This document shows, piece after piece, positions 41,025-51,564 of a stretch of 64,000 bases of DNA. Source of the stretch: a virus (taxonomy: Duplodnaviria > Heunggongvirae > Uroviricota > Caudoviricetes); IMG/VR virus record IMGVR_UViG_3300034019_002140. The stretch is one strand, 5' to 3'. The first letter of the stretch is position 1, and every line of letters begins with the position of its first letter. The notes below the pieces were generated by a model. That model worked only from the letters and a program-made list of their open reading frames with translations, was not told the origin of the DNA and did no database searches. The translations under genes were made by a program, and so were the position numbers.

Positions 41025-44000
41025 TGGCATCATACGTAGTATATTCAGGGACGAGTTATCTAAATGCGTGTAATTCTGTGGCATCACAGACTATTTATAC
41101 ACCGTGTCCATCACTAAGTGGAGGTTGTGTAGTCTATACAGATGCAGGTTATACTAATGTTATTACTTTCTCTCCATTATTACCTAATTTATATCTAAAG
41201 GATTCTGTTGATACAACGGTTTGGAAGATAAATAGGACAGGAACTGTCACGGAGGTTAGAAAATGTACTGAATTTTCAGGTGATGAAAATATAATTGTTT
41301 ATCCTGATGGAGCCAATTTTCAACTTATAGATTCTGGAGGAACTGCCACTAACTGGTATATGGAGAATGGTGAGTTGAAATTTGGAACTTTAACTTCCAC
41401 TTTAGCAAGAATAAGTACTTCCTATCCAAACCTCAGAGTCAGTGGGGGGTCAATAACACTTACTAACAAACTTGCAAATGCCTCGGGAGATTTAATAAAT
41501 TCAACAGGATGGGTCGGAGCTAAATTACCTCAAGGTCCAACGGGTGCTCAAGGTTCACAAGGTTCTACTGGTGCTCAAGGAGCTCAAGGGGGTCAAGGAG
41601 CACAGGGTACCCAAGGTTCAACAGGTGCCCAAGGTTCTCAGGGTGCTCAAGGGGGACAAGGTGCTCAAGGTGCTCAAGGGTCACAAGGACCTACAGGTGC
41701 ACAAGGTTCACAAGGTGGTCAAGGTTCACAAGGCTCACAAGGTTTTACAGGTGCTCAGGGTTCACAAGGAGCTCAAGGAGGACAAGGTGCTCAGGGTTCA
41801 CAAGGAACTTTGGGACCCACAGGAGCTCAAGGTTCTCAAGGTGGTCAAGGAGCCCAAGGAGCCCAAGGTTCAACAGGTGCTCAAGGTTCGCAAGGAGCAC
41901 AGGGTGGACAGGGCGCTCAAGGTTCACAAGGGGCTAAAGGTCTCACAGGTGCTCAAGGGGCACAAGGTGGACAAGGTGCCCAAGGTGCTCAAGGTTCCCA
42001 AGGTACAACAGGAGCCCAAGGTTCCCAAGGGGGACAAGGTGCTCAAGGTGCTCAAGGCGCAGTTGGTCCTACAGGTGCTCAAGGAGCTCAGGGTGGACAA
42101 GGGGCTCAAGGAGCTCAAGGGGCTGTCGGTCTCACAGGAGCTCAAGGAGCTCAAGGTGGGCAAGGTGCTCAAGGAGCACAAGGGGCTCTCGGTCCTACAG
42201 GAGCTCAAGGTTCCCAAGGTGGACAGGGTGCTCAAGGAGCACAAGGTTCACAAGGTTTAACAGGTGCGCAAGGGTCCCAAGGTGGTCAAGGAGCTCAAGG
42301 AGCTCAGGGAGGACAAGGTGCTCAAGGTGCCCAAGGTCCTAAAGGTCCACAAGGTGCTCAAGGAGCCCAAGGTGCTCAAGGTTCAACAGGAGCCCAAGGT
42401 TCCCAAGGTGGAACAGGAGCCCAAGGTGCTCAAGGTTCAACAGGAGCCCAAGGTTCACAAGGTTCACAAGGTGGAACAGGAGCTCAAGGAGCCCAAGGTT
42501 CAACAGGAGCCCAAGGTGCTCAAGGTTCCCAAGGAGGACAAGGTGCCCAAGGGGCTCAAGGTACAACAGGTGCCCAAGGAGCTCAAGGAGCTACAGGAGG
42601 TCAAGGTGCTCAGGGTTCTCAAGGACCCACAGGAGCCCAAGGTTCTCAAGGTGCCGGAGGAGGACAAGGTGCACAAGGAGCTCAAGGTATAGTTGGAGCC
42701 CAAGGTGCTCAAGGTGGAGGTGGAGGACAGGGTGCACAAGGAGCACAAGGAACGACAGGTCCCGTAGGTGCACAAGGTTCACAAGGTGGGCAAGGTGCTC
42801 AAGGTTCCCAAGGTGCACAAGGTGCCACAGGAGCTCAAGGTTCTCAGGGCGTCGCCGGAGCTCAAGGTGCTCAAGGTGCTCAAGGAGCTGTTGGTAGTCA
42901 AGGTTCACAAGGAGGACAGGGTGCACAAGGAGCTCAAGGTTCACAAGGAGCTCAAGGTGCAACTGGTCCTGGTGGCGGACAAGGTGCTCAGGGAGCACAA
43001 GGAGCCACAGGTTCACAAGGTGCTCAAGGTGGAGGTGGTGGACAAGGTGCCCAAGGTGCTCAAGGGCCCGTCGGTTCACAAGGTTTTCAAGGAACAACTG
43101 GAGGTCAAGGTGCACAAGGTGCGCAAGGACCTACTGGACCTACAGGTATCACAGGACCTAAAGGGGGTCAAGGTGCACAAGGTGCTCAGGGAGGACAAGG
43201 TGCACAGGGACCACAAGGTCATATCGGTGCAAACGGTGCAACTGGTGTTCCTGGTCCTATTGGTCCCAAAGGACCTACGGGTCCTACGGGAGGTCAAGGT
43301 GCTCAAGGAGCTCAAGGACCTGGTGGTGCTCAAGGGGCTCAAGGTCCTACGGGAGGTCAAGGTGCTCAAGGAGCTCAAGGACCTGGTGGTGCTCAAGGGG
43401 CTCAAGGTCCTACGGGAGGTCAAGGTTCCCAAGGTGGAGGAGGAGCTCAAGGGGCTCAGGGTCCAACAGGACCTGGAGGTGCTCAAGGTGCTCAAGGAGC
43501 TCAAGGTCCCAAAGGTCCAATAGGTGGACAAGGTTCTCAAGGTCCCACAGGGGCTCAGGGTACCGCCGGAGGACAAGGTTCTCAAGGCGGTGGTGGTGCC
43601 CAAGGTGCTCAAGGTGCTCAAGGTCCGCAAGGAGGCCAAGGTGCTCAAGGCGGTGGTGGTGCCACAGGAGCTCAAGGACCTCAGGGGGGTCAAGGTGCCC
43701 AAGGACCACAAGGTGGTCAAGGTCCACAAGGTGCACAAGGTGCAACCGGTCCAAATGGTTTACAAGGTGCTCAAGGTGCACAAGGTACCACTGGTTCTGA
43801 CCTAAGATTAAAAAAGGACGTAAAAGAAATACAATCCCCACTAGAAAAAGTCCTGAAATTGAGAGGTGTTTCATTCTATTGGAATAAATTAAATGATGAA
43901 ACATCCCAATCAGGTAAACATGATATTGGATTCATTGCCCAAGAAATAGGTCATATATTACCTGAATTGGTTTTCAAGAAAAACACCGAGAACGCATATT

Positions 44001-44131
44001 TCATGGTAAAATATGCTGAAGTAATAGCTGTTTGTTTAGAAGCCATTAAAGAACAATCCTTGATTTTGGAATCTAAAGAAATAAAACTTGATGAGTTAGA
44101 GACAATAGCCAAGGAAAGAGGACTTATTTAG
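41024..44131 (+). CDS. Collagen-like fibre protein 3 with a longer N-terminal domain and a C-terminal S74 intramolecular chaperone domain.
   Basis: The ATG overlaps the upstream TAA. ~170-aa N-terminal domain, then G-X-Y repeats. The C-terminus is [31 protein letters not shown]...[16 protein letters not shown]...[15 protein letters not shown]. Confidence 0.8.
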   Translation: MASYVVYSGTSYLNACNSVASQTIYTPCPSLSGGCVVYTDAGYTNVITFSPLLPNLYLKDSVDTTVWKINRTGTVTEVRKCTEFSGDENIIVYPDGANFQLIDSGGTATNWYMENGELKFGTLTSTLARISTSYPNLRVSGGSITLTNKLANASGDLINSTGWVGAKLPQGPTGAQGSQGSTGAQGAQGGQGAQGTQGSTGAQGSQGAQGGQGAQGAQGSQGPTGAQGSQGGQGSQGSQGFTGAQGSQGAQGGQGAQGSQGTLGPTGAQGSQGGQGAQGAQGSTGAQGSQGAQGGQGAQGSQGAKGLTGAQGAQGGQGAQGAQGSQGTTGAQGSQGGQGAQGAQGAVGPTGAQGAQGGQGAQGAQGAVGLTGAQGAQGGQGAQGAQGALGPTGAQGSQGGQGAQGAQGSQGLTGAQGSQGGQGAQGAQGGQGAQGAQGPKGPQGAQGAQGAQGSTGAQGSQGGTGAQGAQGSTGAQGSQGSQGGTGAQGAQGSTGAQGAQGSQGGQGAQGAQGTTGAQGAQGATGGQGAQGSQGPTGAQGSQGAGGGQGAQGAQGIVGAQGAQGGGGGQGAQGAQGTTGPVGAQGSQGGQGAQGSQGAQGATGAQGSQGVAGAQGAQGAQGAVGSQGSQGGQGAQGAQGSQGAQGATGPGGGQGAQGAQGATGSQGAQGGGGGQGAQGAQGPVGSQGFQGTTGGQGAQGAQGPTGPTGITGPKGGQGAQGAQGGQGAQGPQGHIGANGATGVPGPIGPKGPTGPTGGQGAQGAQGPGGAQGAQGPTGGQGAQGAQGPGGAQGAQGPTGGQGSQGGGGAQGAQGPTGPGGAQGAQGAQGPKGPIGGQGSQGPTGAQGTAGGQGSQGGGGAQGAQGAQGPQGGQGAQGGGGATGAQGPQGGQGAQGPQGGQGPQGAQGATGPNGLQGAQGAQGTTGSDLRLKKDVKEIQSPLEKVLKLRGVSFYWNKLNDETSQSGKHDIGFIAQEIGHILPELVFKKNTENAYFMVKYAEVIAVCLEAIKEQSLILESKEIKLDELETIAKERGLI
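41535..43795 (+). repeat. Collagen-like G-X-Y triplet repeat array in fibre gene 3.
   Basis: ggtgctcaaggttcacaagg units repeated. Confidence 0.8.
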
Positions 44132-45000
44132 ATTTCGGTCTTTTGAATTAAATCTCTTATTTCGAAACCAGTTTGGTATAACATCGACAGAAATTTTTTC
44201 CAAATTTCTGGGTTATACTTTTTAATCAATTCAACATAATAAATGTAGTAAGGTTCTTCTCCTCCTCTCTCAGACATAAAATCTGCAAGTTGAGGATTAT
44301 CGGTGGTTAAATTTTTGAAAACTCTGATAAGGTCATTTCCCAAATGTTCATCATTTATTCTAAATAAAATATCCTTCGAGAGTTTAGATAGTGGGTCACC
44401 CTTGGCAAAATAATTGATTATATTTTTTAATGATTTTTCTAAAAATTGTAGGTTTTCAATTTTTCTGTTTCTTTTAACTCTTCTTTCAAATTCGAGAACC
44501 AAACCCTCCAAAAATTCATTTGAAATTGCAAAAAATTCTATTGGATGACCCCAATAATCTTTATCTGATTTCTCATTGTAAGTCACCATATATTTGGGAC
44601 TAAACAAATGAGATTGTGTTGGGTCACTGGCATGTATCATTTCATGATATAGTGTAAGATAAAGTGTTTTTTTTGACTCGTAGTGTTTTGGATTTACTTC
44701 GATTACAATATCTGCCGGGTCGACTGACTTTTGAGGTTTTGTACCCATCTGACCCATGTAGGGTAGTCTTGGGTTTACCACGACTCTAGCTAAACCCTCT
44801 ACTCCATCGGCTAATTTAAAAGGAATGACATCAACTAGTTCTTTTCCTTTATAAGGTTTATTTCTATCAGACCATAATTTTTCTGTGACGGATTTCATTC
44901 TATCTCTCACATCATCAGAAAATTTATATCTCTGTGCCTCCAATATTAGATTGGTGATTATATTTCTTATTTTATTCATTTTTGTAAATCTACCCCCCAA
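44128..45000 (-). CDS. Putative zinc metallopeptidase-like protein with an HExxH motif.
   Basis: [16 protein letters not shown] contains HEMIH. Confidence 0.4.
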   Translation of the reverse strand: MGGRFTKMNKIRNIITNLILEAQRYKFSDDVRDRMKSVTEKLWSDRNKPYKGKELVDVIPFKLADGVEGLARVVVNPRLPYMGQMGTKPQKSVDPADIVIEVNPKHYESKKTLYLTLYHEMIHASDPTQSHLFSPKYMVTYNEKSDKDYWGHPIEFFAISNEFLEGLVLEFERRVKRNRKIENLQFLEKSLKNIINYFAKGDPLSKLSKDILFRINDEHLGNDLIRVFKNLTTDNPQLADFMSERGGEEPYYIYYVELIKKYNPEIWKKFLSMLYQTGFEIRDLIQKTEI

Positions 45001-45758
45001 TTTATTGGAATCTCTTTGAGACTTATTTTACTTACGAATTTATCAAAAGAGTTCTTGAAGGTCACCTGAGCTTTCTTGATGTCTTTTATTCTTGCCATAT
45101 CAGGTAAAATCCCTGTAGATAAATATGCTTGAATCTCATCATCAATTACATTTTCACCATAACCCATGTTTTTGATTTTTCTTGTCATGGAATCTAATGT
45201 AGATGGATTTAGGTTATTGATATTATAAGATTGTAAGTTTTTATAGTTAGGTGAACTATACCACAACCCATGTGCTAATTCATGATAGATTAAACTCAAG
45301 TCCTCTCCATCTGTTTGGTCGATACCGATTAAATAAAAATTGTTGTTACCTGTTTTTTCTTTTATGGTATCAATAATTGAAAACATAATAAGGTCAAAAT
45401 AATTTATGTCAGGAATTACTTTTATACACGATTCGATTGAATCACACGGTAAATTATAACCAGACCAATCTTCATGGTAAGTGAAAATGTCATTCTTAGT
45501 TTTTTCCTTATAGAATTTGACAAAATCGACCCATTTAAAACCTTGTCCTCTGAATGTCTCTGAGTCTGACTCATAAAATTCTTGATAACGCATGAAAACT
45601 CTTGCACGGAGTTTATCATCTTTAATTACAACGGCAAAAATCTTTGGGAATATCTCAAACAATCTAATCTTAGATAGAATGTTTTTAATATTCTTCGGGG
45701 GGTTTTTAGGTGGACTTTGAACCCTCTCATGAATGGTATTTATACTTTTATTATTCAT
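44976..45758 (-). CDS. Putative zinc metallopeptidase-like protein with an HExxH motif.
   Basis: LSLIYHELAHGLWY contains HELAH. Confidence 0.4.
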   Translation of the reverse strand: MNNKSINTIHERVQSPPKNPPKNIKNILSKIRLFEIFPKIFAVVIKDDKLRARVFMRYQEFYESDSETFRGQGFKWVDFVKFYKEKTKNDIFTYHEDWSGYNLPCDSIESCIKVIPDINYFDLIMFSIIDTIKEKTGNNNFYLIGIDQTDGEDLSLIYHELAHGLWYSSPNYKNLQSYNINNLNPSTLDSMTRKIKNMGYGENVIDDEIQAYLSTGILPDMARIKDIKKAQVTFKNSFDKFVSKISLKEIPINWGVDLQK

Positions 45759-46741
45759 CAGAAAAAATCACTGAAATACATGTTTATATTTTTATCGACC
45801 TCTCTACTATCGGGGTAGTCAGAAATCCTTGGGTACAAACAATCATTGTTTTCGTCTAATATTCTAATAAAATACGCCTCATCTTCAATTGCGTTTGAAT
45901 ACTTGTTATGTAAGAAATCGTAAATTTGTCCTTCGAAATCCTTTATTTTCATTTTGTATTGATACTTCATAGTATCTTTTTTATAAGGATGTGGGGATGA
46001 TATCCACTCACCCTCATAGAAATAATCACCCAATTCATTCATTATATTTTTATAAATTTGACTCTCATATGCTGAATTGTAAGCGTCGGAGTGTATTCTA
46101 TACAAATCACCTTCAATATCCAAATATTTTTTCATCAATTCATTGAATGTATCTCTATCATCCACAATTCTGGCTATGTTTGATTCGTTTACTTCAACGT
46201 AGTCTGGATGACCTTGTTCAGAGGCAATCAATTCTAGTTCCTCAGTCTCTGTTTCTACCCGTTCATTTTTTAAATCATCTATAATCTTCTTGTATAAAGT
46301 TTTCAAATTTTCTTGATTTAATTCCTCAACCACGTCTCTATGAACATCATCAGTTGTTTCTGAATAATATTCAAACCAATCATTATCCTCACCCAAGATA
46401 TTCTCAATGGTGTCTCGTGAAAAATCTCTACTACTATCACAAAAAAGTGTTGCTAATTCTTTTCTGTCGTCCAAAATCAAATAAGCATCACCTTTTTCAT
46501 CAATTTGAACATCTCCTAAAATGCGATTCATGTATTTGTAAAACTCTTGTTTATCATTCTCCATGGTCCAAATGAAATATTGGTTTTGCCATTCTCTACT
46601 GTCATTGGCTAATGGGTCTAATAAATGAAAAAGTTTTTTCGATTTAAGCACCGCAAAAAAATCATCATAATCATTGTTGAAGTATTTCAACGCCCATGTG
46701 TCACCATCATTAAAATCACTTATAATTTCTTGCCAATTCAT
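45758..46741 (-). CDS. Hypothetical acidic protein on the minus strand.
   Basis: ORF in the minus-strand block. Confidence 0.4.
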   Translation of the reverse strand: MNWQEIISDFNDGDTWALKYFNNDYDDFFAVLKSKKLFHLLDPLANDSREWQNQYFIWTMENDKQEFYKYMNRILGDVQIDEKGDAYLILDDRKELATLFCDSSRDFSRDTIENILGEDNDWFEYYSETTDDVHRDVVEELNQENLKTLYKKIIDDLKNERVETETEELELIASEQGHPDYVEVNESNIARIVDDRDTFNELMKKYLDIEGDLYRIHSDAYNSAYESQIYKNIMNELGDYFYEGEWISSPHPYKKDTMKYQYKMKIKDFEGQIYDFLHNKYSNAIEDEAYFIRILDENNDCLYPRISDYPDSREVDKNINMYFSDFF

Positions 46742-46753
46742 ACATATAAATAC

Positions 46754-46783
46754 AAAAAAAGGGACAAATTTTGTCCCTTTTTA
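46754..46783. terminator. Bidirectional rho-independent terminator.
   Basis: aaaaaaaGGGACAAAttTTGTCCCttttta: a 7-bp GC-containing stem flanked by an A-run on one side and a T-run on the other. Confidence 0.5.
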
Positions 46784-46804
46784 TAAAATACCTTTTTCAG
46801 ATTA

Positions 46805-46972
46805 TTTTCTGACCCAACCATTAGATTTTTGAGCCGTATAATATTTTTCAATTGTTTTTTTCACGGCATCTTTAACCTGTTCTTGTGGAGTTTTTTGAGC
46901 TTCCTGAAGTTGTTGGTTATTCACTTGAGGTTGAGGAGTTTGATTACCTTTGTTTTTACAACCGCATCCCAT
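46805..46972 (-). CDS. Possible small protein (~55 aa, MGCGCKNKGNQTPQPQVNNQQLQEAQKTPQEQVKDAVKKTIEKYYTAQKSNGWVRK).
   Basis: It falls below the ORF-track cutoff. It sits in a 320-nt gap and ends just before the bidirectional terminator at 46754-46783. Confidence 0.25.
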
Positions 46973-47059
46973 AATTTTTGATTTGAAATAAGTTTATTGT
47001 TATAAATAGTGTCGAATCGAAATATAAGAATGAAAAGATATTTATTAAATAAAAATTAG

Positions 47060-48109
47060 ATGAAATTTTCCCAAATATTATCAGAAAAGGTTGATTACTC
47101 AGAGGAGTTGAAGGGTGATAGGAGAAGAGAGAACAAAGAGTGGGAACTTGATATCAATTGTCCACTTGAGGGTAGAAAGGCTTGGGCTTTGTTGTATTAT
47201 TTAGAGTATGAGTCAGAGTTAGAGGTTCTCACACCCGAAGATTTGGAAAATAAAAAAAGAATTTCTGAAAAAATTGAGGAGTTGAACCAAACTTACAATA
47301 CAACAGATGACGAAGATGAAAAAGCTGAATTATTGGATGAAATTTCTGATTTGGAAGACGAAATAGATGAATTCGATAATAAAATTGATGTTTATGACAT
47401 AATTCCAAACGGACAGTATTATGATATGACTCAATTTGAAATTCCCAAGGTAACGAGTAAAACATATGCAGTAGGTACAGAAACGGAGGTTCAAGAATCT
47501 GCGGAGGAATATGTAAGCCAGCTTATTGATGATATAGGTTACGAGGGATTTAGAAAAGGATTTATGGAAAATCACATCGATGAAGAAAAAGTTTTGAGTG
47601 AGTTTGAAAGTATTTTTGAAGACGATATCACGAATAATCCAGATGTGTATTTTGATGATGATGATAGAGAATTGTCTACTCAACAGAAGGAAAAAATAGA
47701 GATTTACAAAGAAAGAATATCTAAAGTTGAAGGACTCATTAGTTTGTTAGAAGAAAGACTTACAGGAGATGAAGATGTTGATGAATTGGTACAAGATAAA
47801 ATCGATGAGTTACAAGAAGAAGTTGATGAAATGGAACAAGAAATAAGTGAAATTGAATCAAATCCTGAAGGGGATATCCCTCAACATTTGATTGATAGGG
47901 CTGTTGAGACAAAAATGACTGATATAAGTAGAAATCCCATCGAATATATGAATGATTATGGGATGGAAATCGATTATTATATTGACAGAGAAAGTTTTAT
48001 AGATGGTGTAATCGACGAGGATGGATATGGGATGTTAGCCTCTTATGATGGTAACATGGACGAAAGAGAAGTTTTGGGACAATACTTTTGGGTATGTAGA
48101 ATTGATTAA
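47060..48109 (+). CDS. Hypothetical highly acidic protein.
   Basis: D/E-rich 349-aa ORF. Confidence 0.4.
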   Translation: MKFSQILSEKVDYSEELKGDRRRENKEWELDINCPLEGRKAWALLYYLEYESELEVLTPEDLENKKRISEKIEELNQTYNTTDDEDEKAELLDEISDLEDEIDEFDNKIDVYDIIPNGQYYDMTQFEIPKVTSKTYAVGTETEVQESAEEYVSQLIDDIGYEGFRKGFMENHIDEEKVLSEFESIFEDDITNNPDVYFDDDDRELSTQQKEKIEIYKERISKVEGLISLLEERLTGDEDVDELVQDKIDELQEEVDEMEQEISEIESNPEGDIPQHLIDRAVETKMTDISRNPIEYMNDYGMEIDYYIDRESFIDGVIDEDGYGMLASYDGNMDEREVLGQYFWVCRID

Positions 48110-48134
48110 ATTTTTTGGTTTAGTATTTTTAATT

Positions 48135-48920
48135 ATGCCGAGAAAGAAAAACATAAAATTCAAGTTAGACCCTGAATGGATGTTCAAAGAACCTTTGGAT
48201 TTTGAATATAACAAATATACTGTCTTGGATTATATTCAAAAATGTGAGAAAAGATTTGACAAGCTTGAGATATATCCAGATTTTGTTGAGTTATCATTAC
48301 ACTTAGCAAATCTTCAATCCTTAGCCAAAGAAAATTTAATTCTTTTCACTACAAAAAAATTTGAATCTTGTGATGATGAAATTCTTCTAAAAGAATTATT
48401 ACCAAAAAAACCAAGAGAACTTTCTCCTGAAGAAGAATCTGAACTTGATAAAACAATAAAATTCTCTGGTTCTAAACTTTTCGACACTTTTAATATTGGA
48501 AAATCTATTTGGAATTTAGCCTTCGACAACATTCATTTATCAATTAGAAAGAACAAGGAAAACATATCAACAGGTAGAGGATTTGTTTATTTTTATTTCA
48601 AAGAAATTGAAAAACTTTTTATATGGGAGTATGAAATCAAAAAGTTAGATAAAGGTGAACAACAAACTAAGTTATATTTAAAATTACTTTACGAAGGACC
48701 CAAAACAGATATAGTAATAGGTAAACTTATTTTAGAAACCTCAACTTGGAAAGAAATATCTGGTTGTGAGTTATTACCTATATTCGAAGTAAAAACTTCC
48801 CAAAACTTCCCGATGGAACAAACTTTCATTCCAATGATGAAGAGAAAACTTATGACTTATGTTTATCAAATTGTCAACATGGAAATTCTAAAAAACTTTG
48901 ACACTTCAATACAATTGTAA
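48135..48920 (+). CDS. Hypothetical protein.
   Basis: The start is chosen at the Met (MPRKKNIKF) downstream of the upstream stop. The ORF-track start at 48045 overlaps the previous gene. Confidence 0.4.
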   Translation: MPRKKNIKFKLDPEWMFKEPLDFEYNKYTVLDYIQKCEKRFDKLEIYPDFVELSLHLANLQSLAKENLILFTTKKFESCDDEILLKELLPKKPRELSPEEESELDKTIKFSGSKLFDTFNIGKSIWNLAFDNIHLSIRKNKENISTGRGFVYFYFKEIEKLFIWEYEIKKLDKGEQQTKLYLKLLYEGPKTDIVIGKLILETSTWKEISGCELLPIFEVKTSQNFPMEQTFIPMMKRKLMTYVYQIVNMEILKNFDTSIQL

Positions 48921-48928
48921 TATATTTG
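48921..48928 (+). promoter_or_regulatory. -7 promoter motif TATATTTG upstream of gene 48933.
   Basis: Matches TAnnTTTG, 4 nt before the ATG. Confidence 0.3.
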
Positions 48929-48932
48929 TGTC

Positions 48933-49148
48933 ATGGGTTTCAATAAAAGATACGTGGATTCAAAAAATAGTATTTTCGCACTCGAATCTAATAATCTTAA
49001 AGGTTATTATGGTAAAAGCGATGCATTGATTTTCGAAGATTCTTTAAGTTCGAAAATTTACGACCTATACAAAGAAGGTAAGTCTGACAAAGAAATTTTA
49101 TCAATTATAAATCAAAACATGGAGGAAAAAACCAATGAAGTGTATTAA
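48933..49148 (+). CDS. Small hypothetical protein.
   Basis: ORF. Confidence 0.3.
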   Translation: MGFNKRYVDSKNSIFALESNNLKGYYGKSDALIFEDSLSSKIYDLYKEGKSDKEILSIINQNMEEKTNEVY

Positions 49149-49380
49149 ATCAATCAAGGAAACCAAAGATGTTGCTCTCGGAACAATTAGGAGAGTCGAA
49201 GACAAAGTTGCAAACAACATGGTAGGTAACTATTGGGCTTACGTTTCTAAATCTGAGTGGAAAAAAGAAACAAGAAAATCCAAACCTACCGAACAGGAAA
49301 CTGAACAAGTTACTGAACAAGTAGAAAAGAAACCGTATAAAAAAGGACAACGTTCCGAAAAACATAAAAACAAAAAATAA
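49135..49380 (+). CDS. Small basic hypothetical protein.
   Basis: ORF. K-rich C-terminus. Confidence 0.3.
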   Translation: MKCIKSIKETKDVALGTIRRVEDKVANNMVGNYWAYVSKSEWKKETRKSKPTEQETEQVTEQVEKKPYKKGQRSEKHKNKK

Positions 49381-49595
49381 TGGCAGAAGTAAAAAAACAT
49401 TTAATCAAAATGCTTGAGCTTGAAGCTGAAGCACAGAAAGCCAAAGCTCTTCTAACTTTGGAACTATTATCTAACCACGCGGCAGGAATAGGCGACCATT
49501 CAACAGGAGATTTCTACAAAAATGCAGAAGAAGCTCTACAAATGTTGGTTGACGCTGATGATAAACTTGAAGCGATAAAAAAATATTTTCTATGA
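49380..49595 (+). CDS. Small hypothetical protein.
   Basis: ORF. ATGA overlap with the upstream gene. Confidence 0.3.
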   Translation: MAEVKKHLIKMLELEAEAQKAKALLTLELLSNHAAGIGDHSTGDFYKNAEEALQMLVDADDKLEAIKKYFL

Positions 49596-49798
49596 AAAGA
49601 TTTACTATAACAGGTGTGAGAACTATCGATGAATATGTTACTTATACTGTCGAAGCGGAAACTGAAGATGAAGCAATTGAGATGGTTGAGAATGGTGAAG
49701 TTGATGATAACGATGACCATTGGCAACGTGAAACATCAGGAGGAGAAGATTATACCGTTACTAATGTTGAAGAATTAGAAGAAGATGAAGAAGAATAA
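49592..49798 (+). CDS. Small acidic hypothetical protein.
   Basis: ORF. ATGA overlap. Confidence 0.3.
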   Translation: MKRFTITGVRTIDEYVTYTVEAETEDEAIEMVENGEVDDNDDHWQRETSGGEDYTVTNVEELEEDEEE

Positions 49799-49812
49799 AT
49801 TTTTCAAAAAAC

Positions 49813-50514
49813 TTGAGTGGTATTTTGATTACTACGTTGCCTATTTTCTCTACAATGGAAACAAACAAGACAGATACGTGCAGTACATGCAAAAAAAGTG
49901 GGGAGATAGAAAATAATTATGGGCTGAATATTTCAGAGGAACACAAAACTTTTCTTTGGTTGTGGGCTAAAACCGGCACGTCCCATTTGAAACAAAATAT
50001 GAAATATTTTGGTTTCAATTTTTATATGTTCGATGGCGGTAAAAGAAGTTTTTTATCTAAAGGAATCACTCAGCAACACACTTGTCAATTATTTGAAGGG
50101 CACCATGATTATAAGATGTTAGCTACGGCTAGAAATCCCTACTCAAGATATGTTTCTTTCTATATAATGGCAAAAAAGGATGAAGCAACAATCGAAAATT
50201 TTGATGATTTTTTAGAAACACAAATATTTCATCATACAAATTTCGATTGTGTAACTTTTCACGATAGAATCCCTGATTATTTTGTTAGAGTTGAAAATTT
50301 GTTCGAGGACTATTCCAAAATTCCTTTCGTTGTTAAAAGTGATTATTATAAATCAGGACTTTTGGAAGAATTCTGTAATAAAAAAATAAATAAATCAAAG
50401 TTTGAAGTTGATTGGAAAGATTATTATAATCAATCAATGGCTGATTTAGTTTTTTATAACACTCAAAATTATTTTGAAATCTTAGGTTACGATAAAAATT
50501 CTTGGAAAAAATAA
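49813..50514 (+). CDS. Sulfotransferase-family protein (PAPS-dependent).
   Basis: 5'-PSB-like P-loop WLWAKTGTSHLKQ (cf. PKSGTTW). 3'-PB-like motif TARNPYSRYVSFY (cf. RNPKD..VSxY). The true start may be the Met at 49855. Confidence 0.5.
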   Translation: MSGILITTLPIFSTMETNKTDTCSTCKKSGEIENNYGLNISEEHKTFLWLWAKTGTSHLKQNMKYFGFNFYMFDGGKRSFLSKGITQQHTCQLFEGHHDYKMLATARNPYSRYVSFYIMAKKDEATIENFDDFLETQIFHHTNFDCVTFHDRIPDYFVRVENLFEDYSKIPFVVKSDYYKSGLLEEFCNKKINKSKFEVDWKDYYNQSMADLVFYNTQNYFEILGYDKNSWKK

Positions 50515-50520
50515 AAATAT

Positions 50521-50745
50521 ATGAATACTGAAATGGTCAATGGACCGATTCACTACGGTGGTGCGGATAATCCCTATGAGGTGATAAAAGTTTGTGAAGC
50601 GTGGGGTTTAGATAAGGACGCATATTTGTTCAATGTTGTAAAATATATTGCTCGTGCCGGTATCAAAGACCCCTCTAAAGAACTAGAAGACCTTAAAAAG
50701 GCTCAATTTTATTTAGATAGAAGAATTAAAAATTTGGAAAAATGA
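50521..50745 (+). CDS. Small hypothetical protein.
   Basis: ORF between the sulfotransferase and the APS kinase. Confidence 0.35.
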   Translation: MNTEMVNGPIHYGGADNPYEVIKVCEAWGLDKDAYLFNVVKYIARAGIKDPSKELEDLKKAQFYLDRRIKNLEK

Positions 50746-51182
50746 TTATTTGGCTAACAGGTCAACCTGGTTCGGGTAAAACAACTATCTGTGAACAGAT
50801 TATGTCTATTCACACAGAGTTTTTCCATGTTGATGGGGATGACCTAAGAGATTTATTTGACAATAAAGATTACTCTAAAACAGGTAGAAGAAAGAATATT
50901 GAACTTGCTCAACAAATATCTCAATATCTTCACAACCAGGGAGTTGATGTTTTAGTATCTTTAGTTTCCCCATATAAAGACCAAAGGGATAGGTTCAAGG
51001 AAAAGATGGGGGATGATTTGAGAGAAGTCTACGTTCATACATCAGAAAAAAGAGGTAGAGAACAATTCTTTGTTAAAGAATACAATGAACCAACAGAAAA
51101 CTATCTTGAGATTGATACAACCAATGAAAGTATAGTTGAGTCAGCAAAAAAAGTTTTAGATTATGCGAAAAATTCACGTTGA
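50742..51182 (+). CDS. cysC: Adenylylsulfate (APS) kinase, CysC-like.
   Basis: MIIWLTGQPGSGKTTI (cf. CysC VLWFTGLSGSGKSTV). HVDGDDLRD (cf. LDGDNVRHG). LVSLVSPYKDQRD (cf. AFISPHRAERQ). Confidence 0.7.
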   Translation: MIIWLTGQPGSGKTTICEQIMSIHTEFFHVDGDDLRDLFDNKDYSKTGRRKNIELAQQISQYLHNQGVDVLVSLVSPYKDQRDRFKEKMGDDLREVYVHTSEKRGREQFFVKEYNEPTENYLEIDTTNESIVESAKKVLDYAKNSR

Positions 51183-51564
51183 GGGTGACCCGAAATTAAA
51201 AAATACTGGAGGTAAGCAATATTCTATGTTTGTGGGACGGTTCCAACCATTTCACGGGGGACATCGATGGATTGTGGATGAATGTCTGAACGAAGGAAAA
51301 AATGTTTTAATTTGTATAAGAGATATTCAACCTGATGATAAAAATCCTTTTAGTGCTCAAGAAGTTGAATCCAATATCAAAAAAGAGTTGTGGAAATATT
51401 TGACCGACGAGAAAGTAAAAGTTATGATTATACCTGATATCGAATCTGTCAATTTTGGTAGAGGTGTTGGTTATGATATAATCGAACACATACCACCTCA
51501 AGAGGTTGGGGAGATATCTGCAACAAAAATTAGAGAAGAATTAAAAAAAGAAGGAAAATTATAA
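51163..51564 (+). CDS. HxGH-motif nucleotidyltransferase of the cytidylyltransferase/NMNAT-like superfamily.
   Basis: FVGRFQPFHGGHRWIV matches the archaeal-NMNAT/NadM-type GRFQPFHxGH signature. C-terminal ISATKIREEL matches the conserved (I/Y)S(G/T)T.IR motif. Confidence 0.5.
   Translation: MRKIHVEGDPKLKNTGGKQYSMFVGRFQPFHGGHRWIVDECLNEGKNVLICIRDIQPDDKNPFSAQEVESNIKKELWKYLTDEKVKVMIIPDIESVNFGRGVGYDIIEHIPPQEVGEISATKIREELKKEGKL

Noticed and set aside
41544-43904. Overlapping ORFs on both strands (for example 41544..42260 +, 42768..43523 +, 43076..43738 -) within collagen-like fibre gene 3.
   Set aside because: Same repeat-driven artefact. The real frame is the one that yields uninterrupted G-X-Y and the S74 C-terminal domain.
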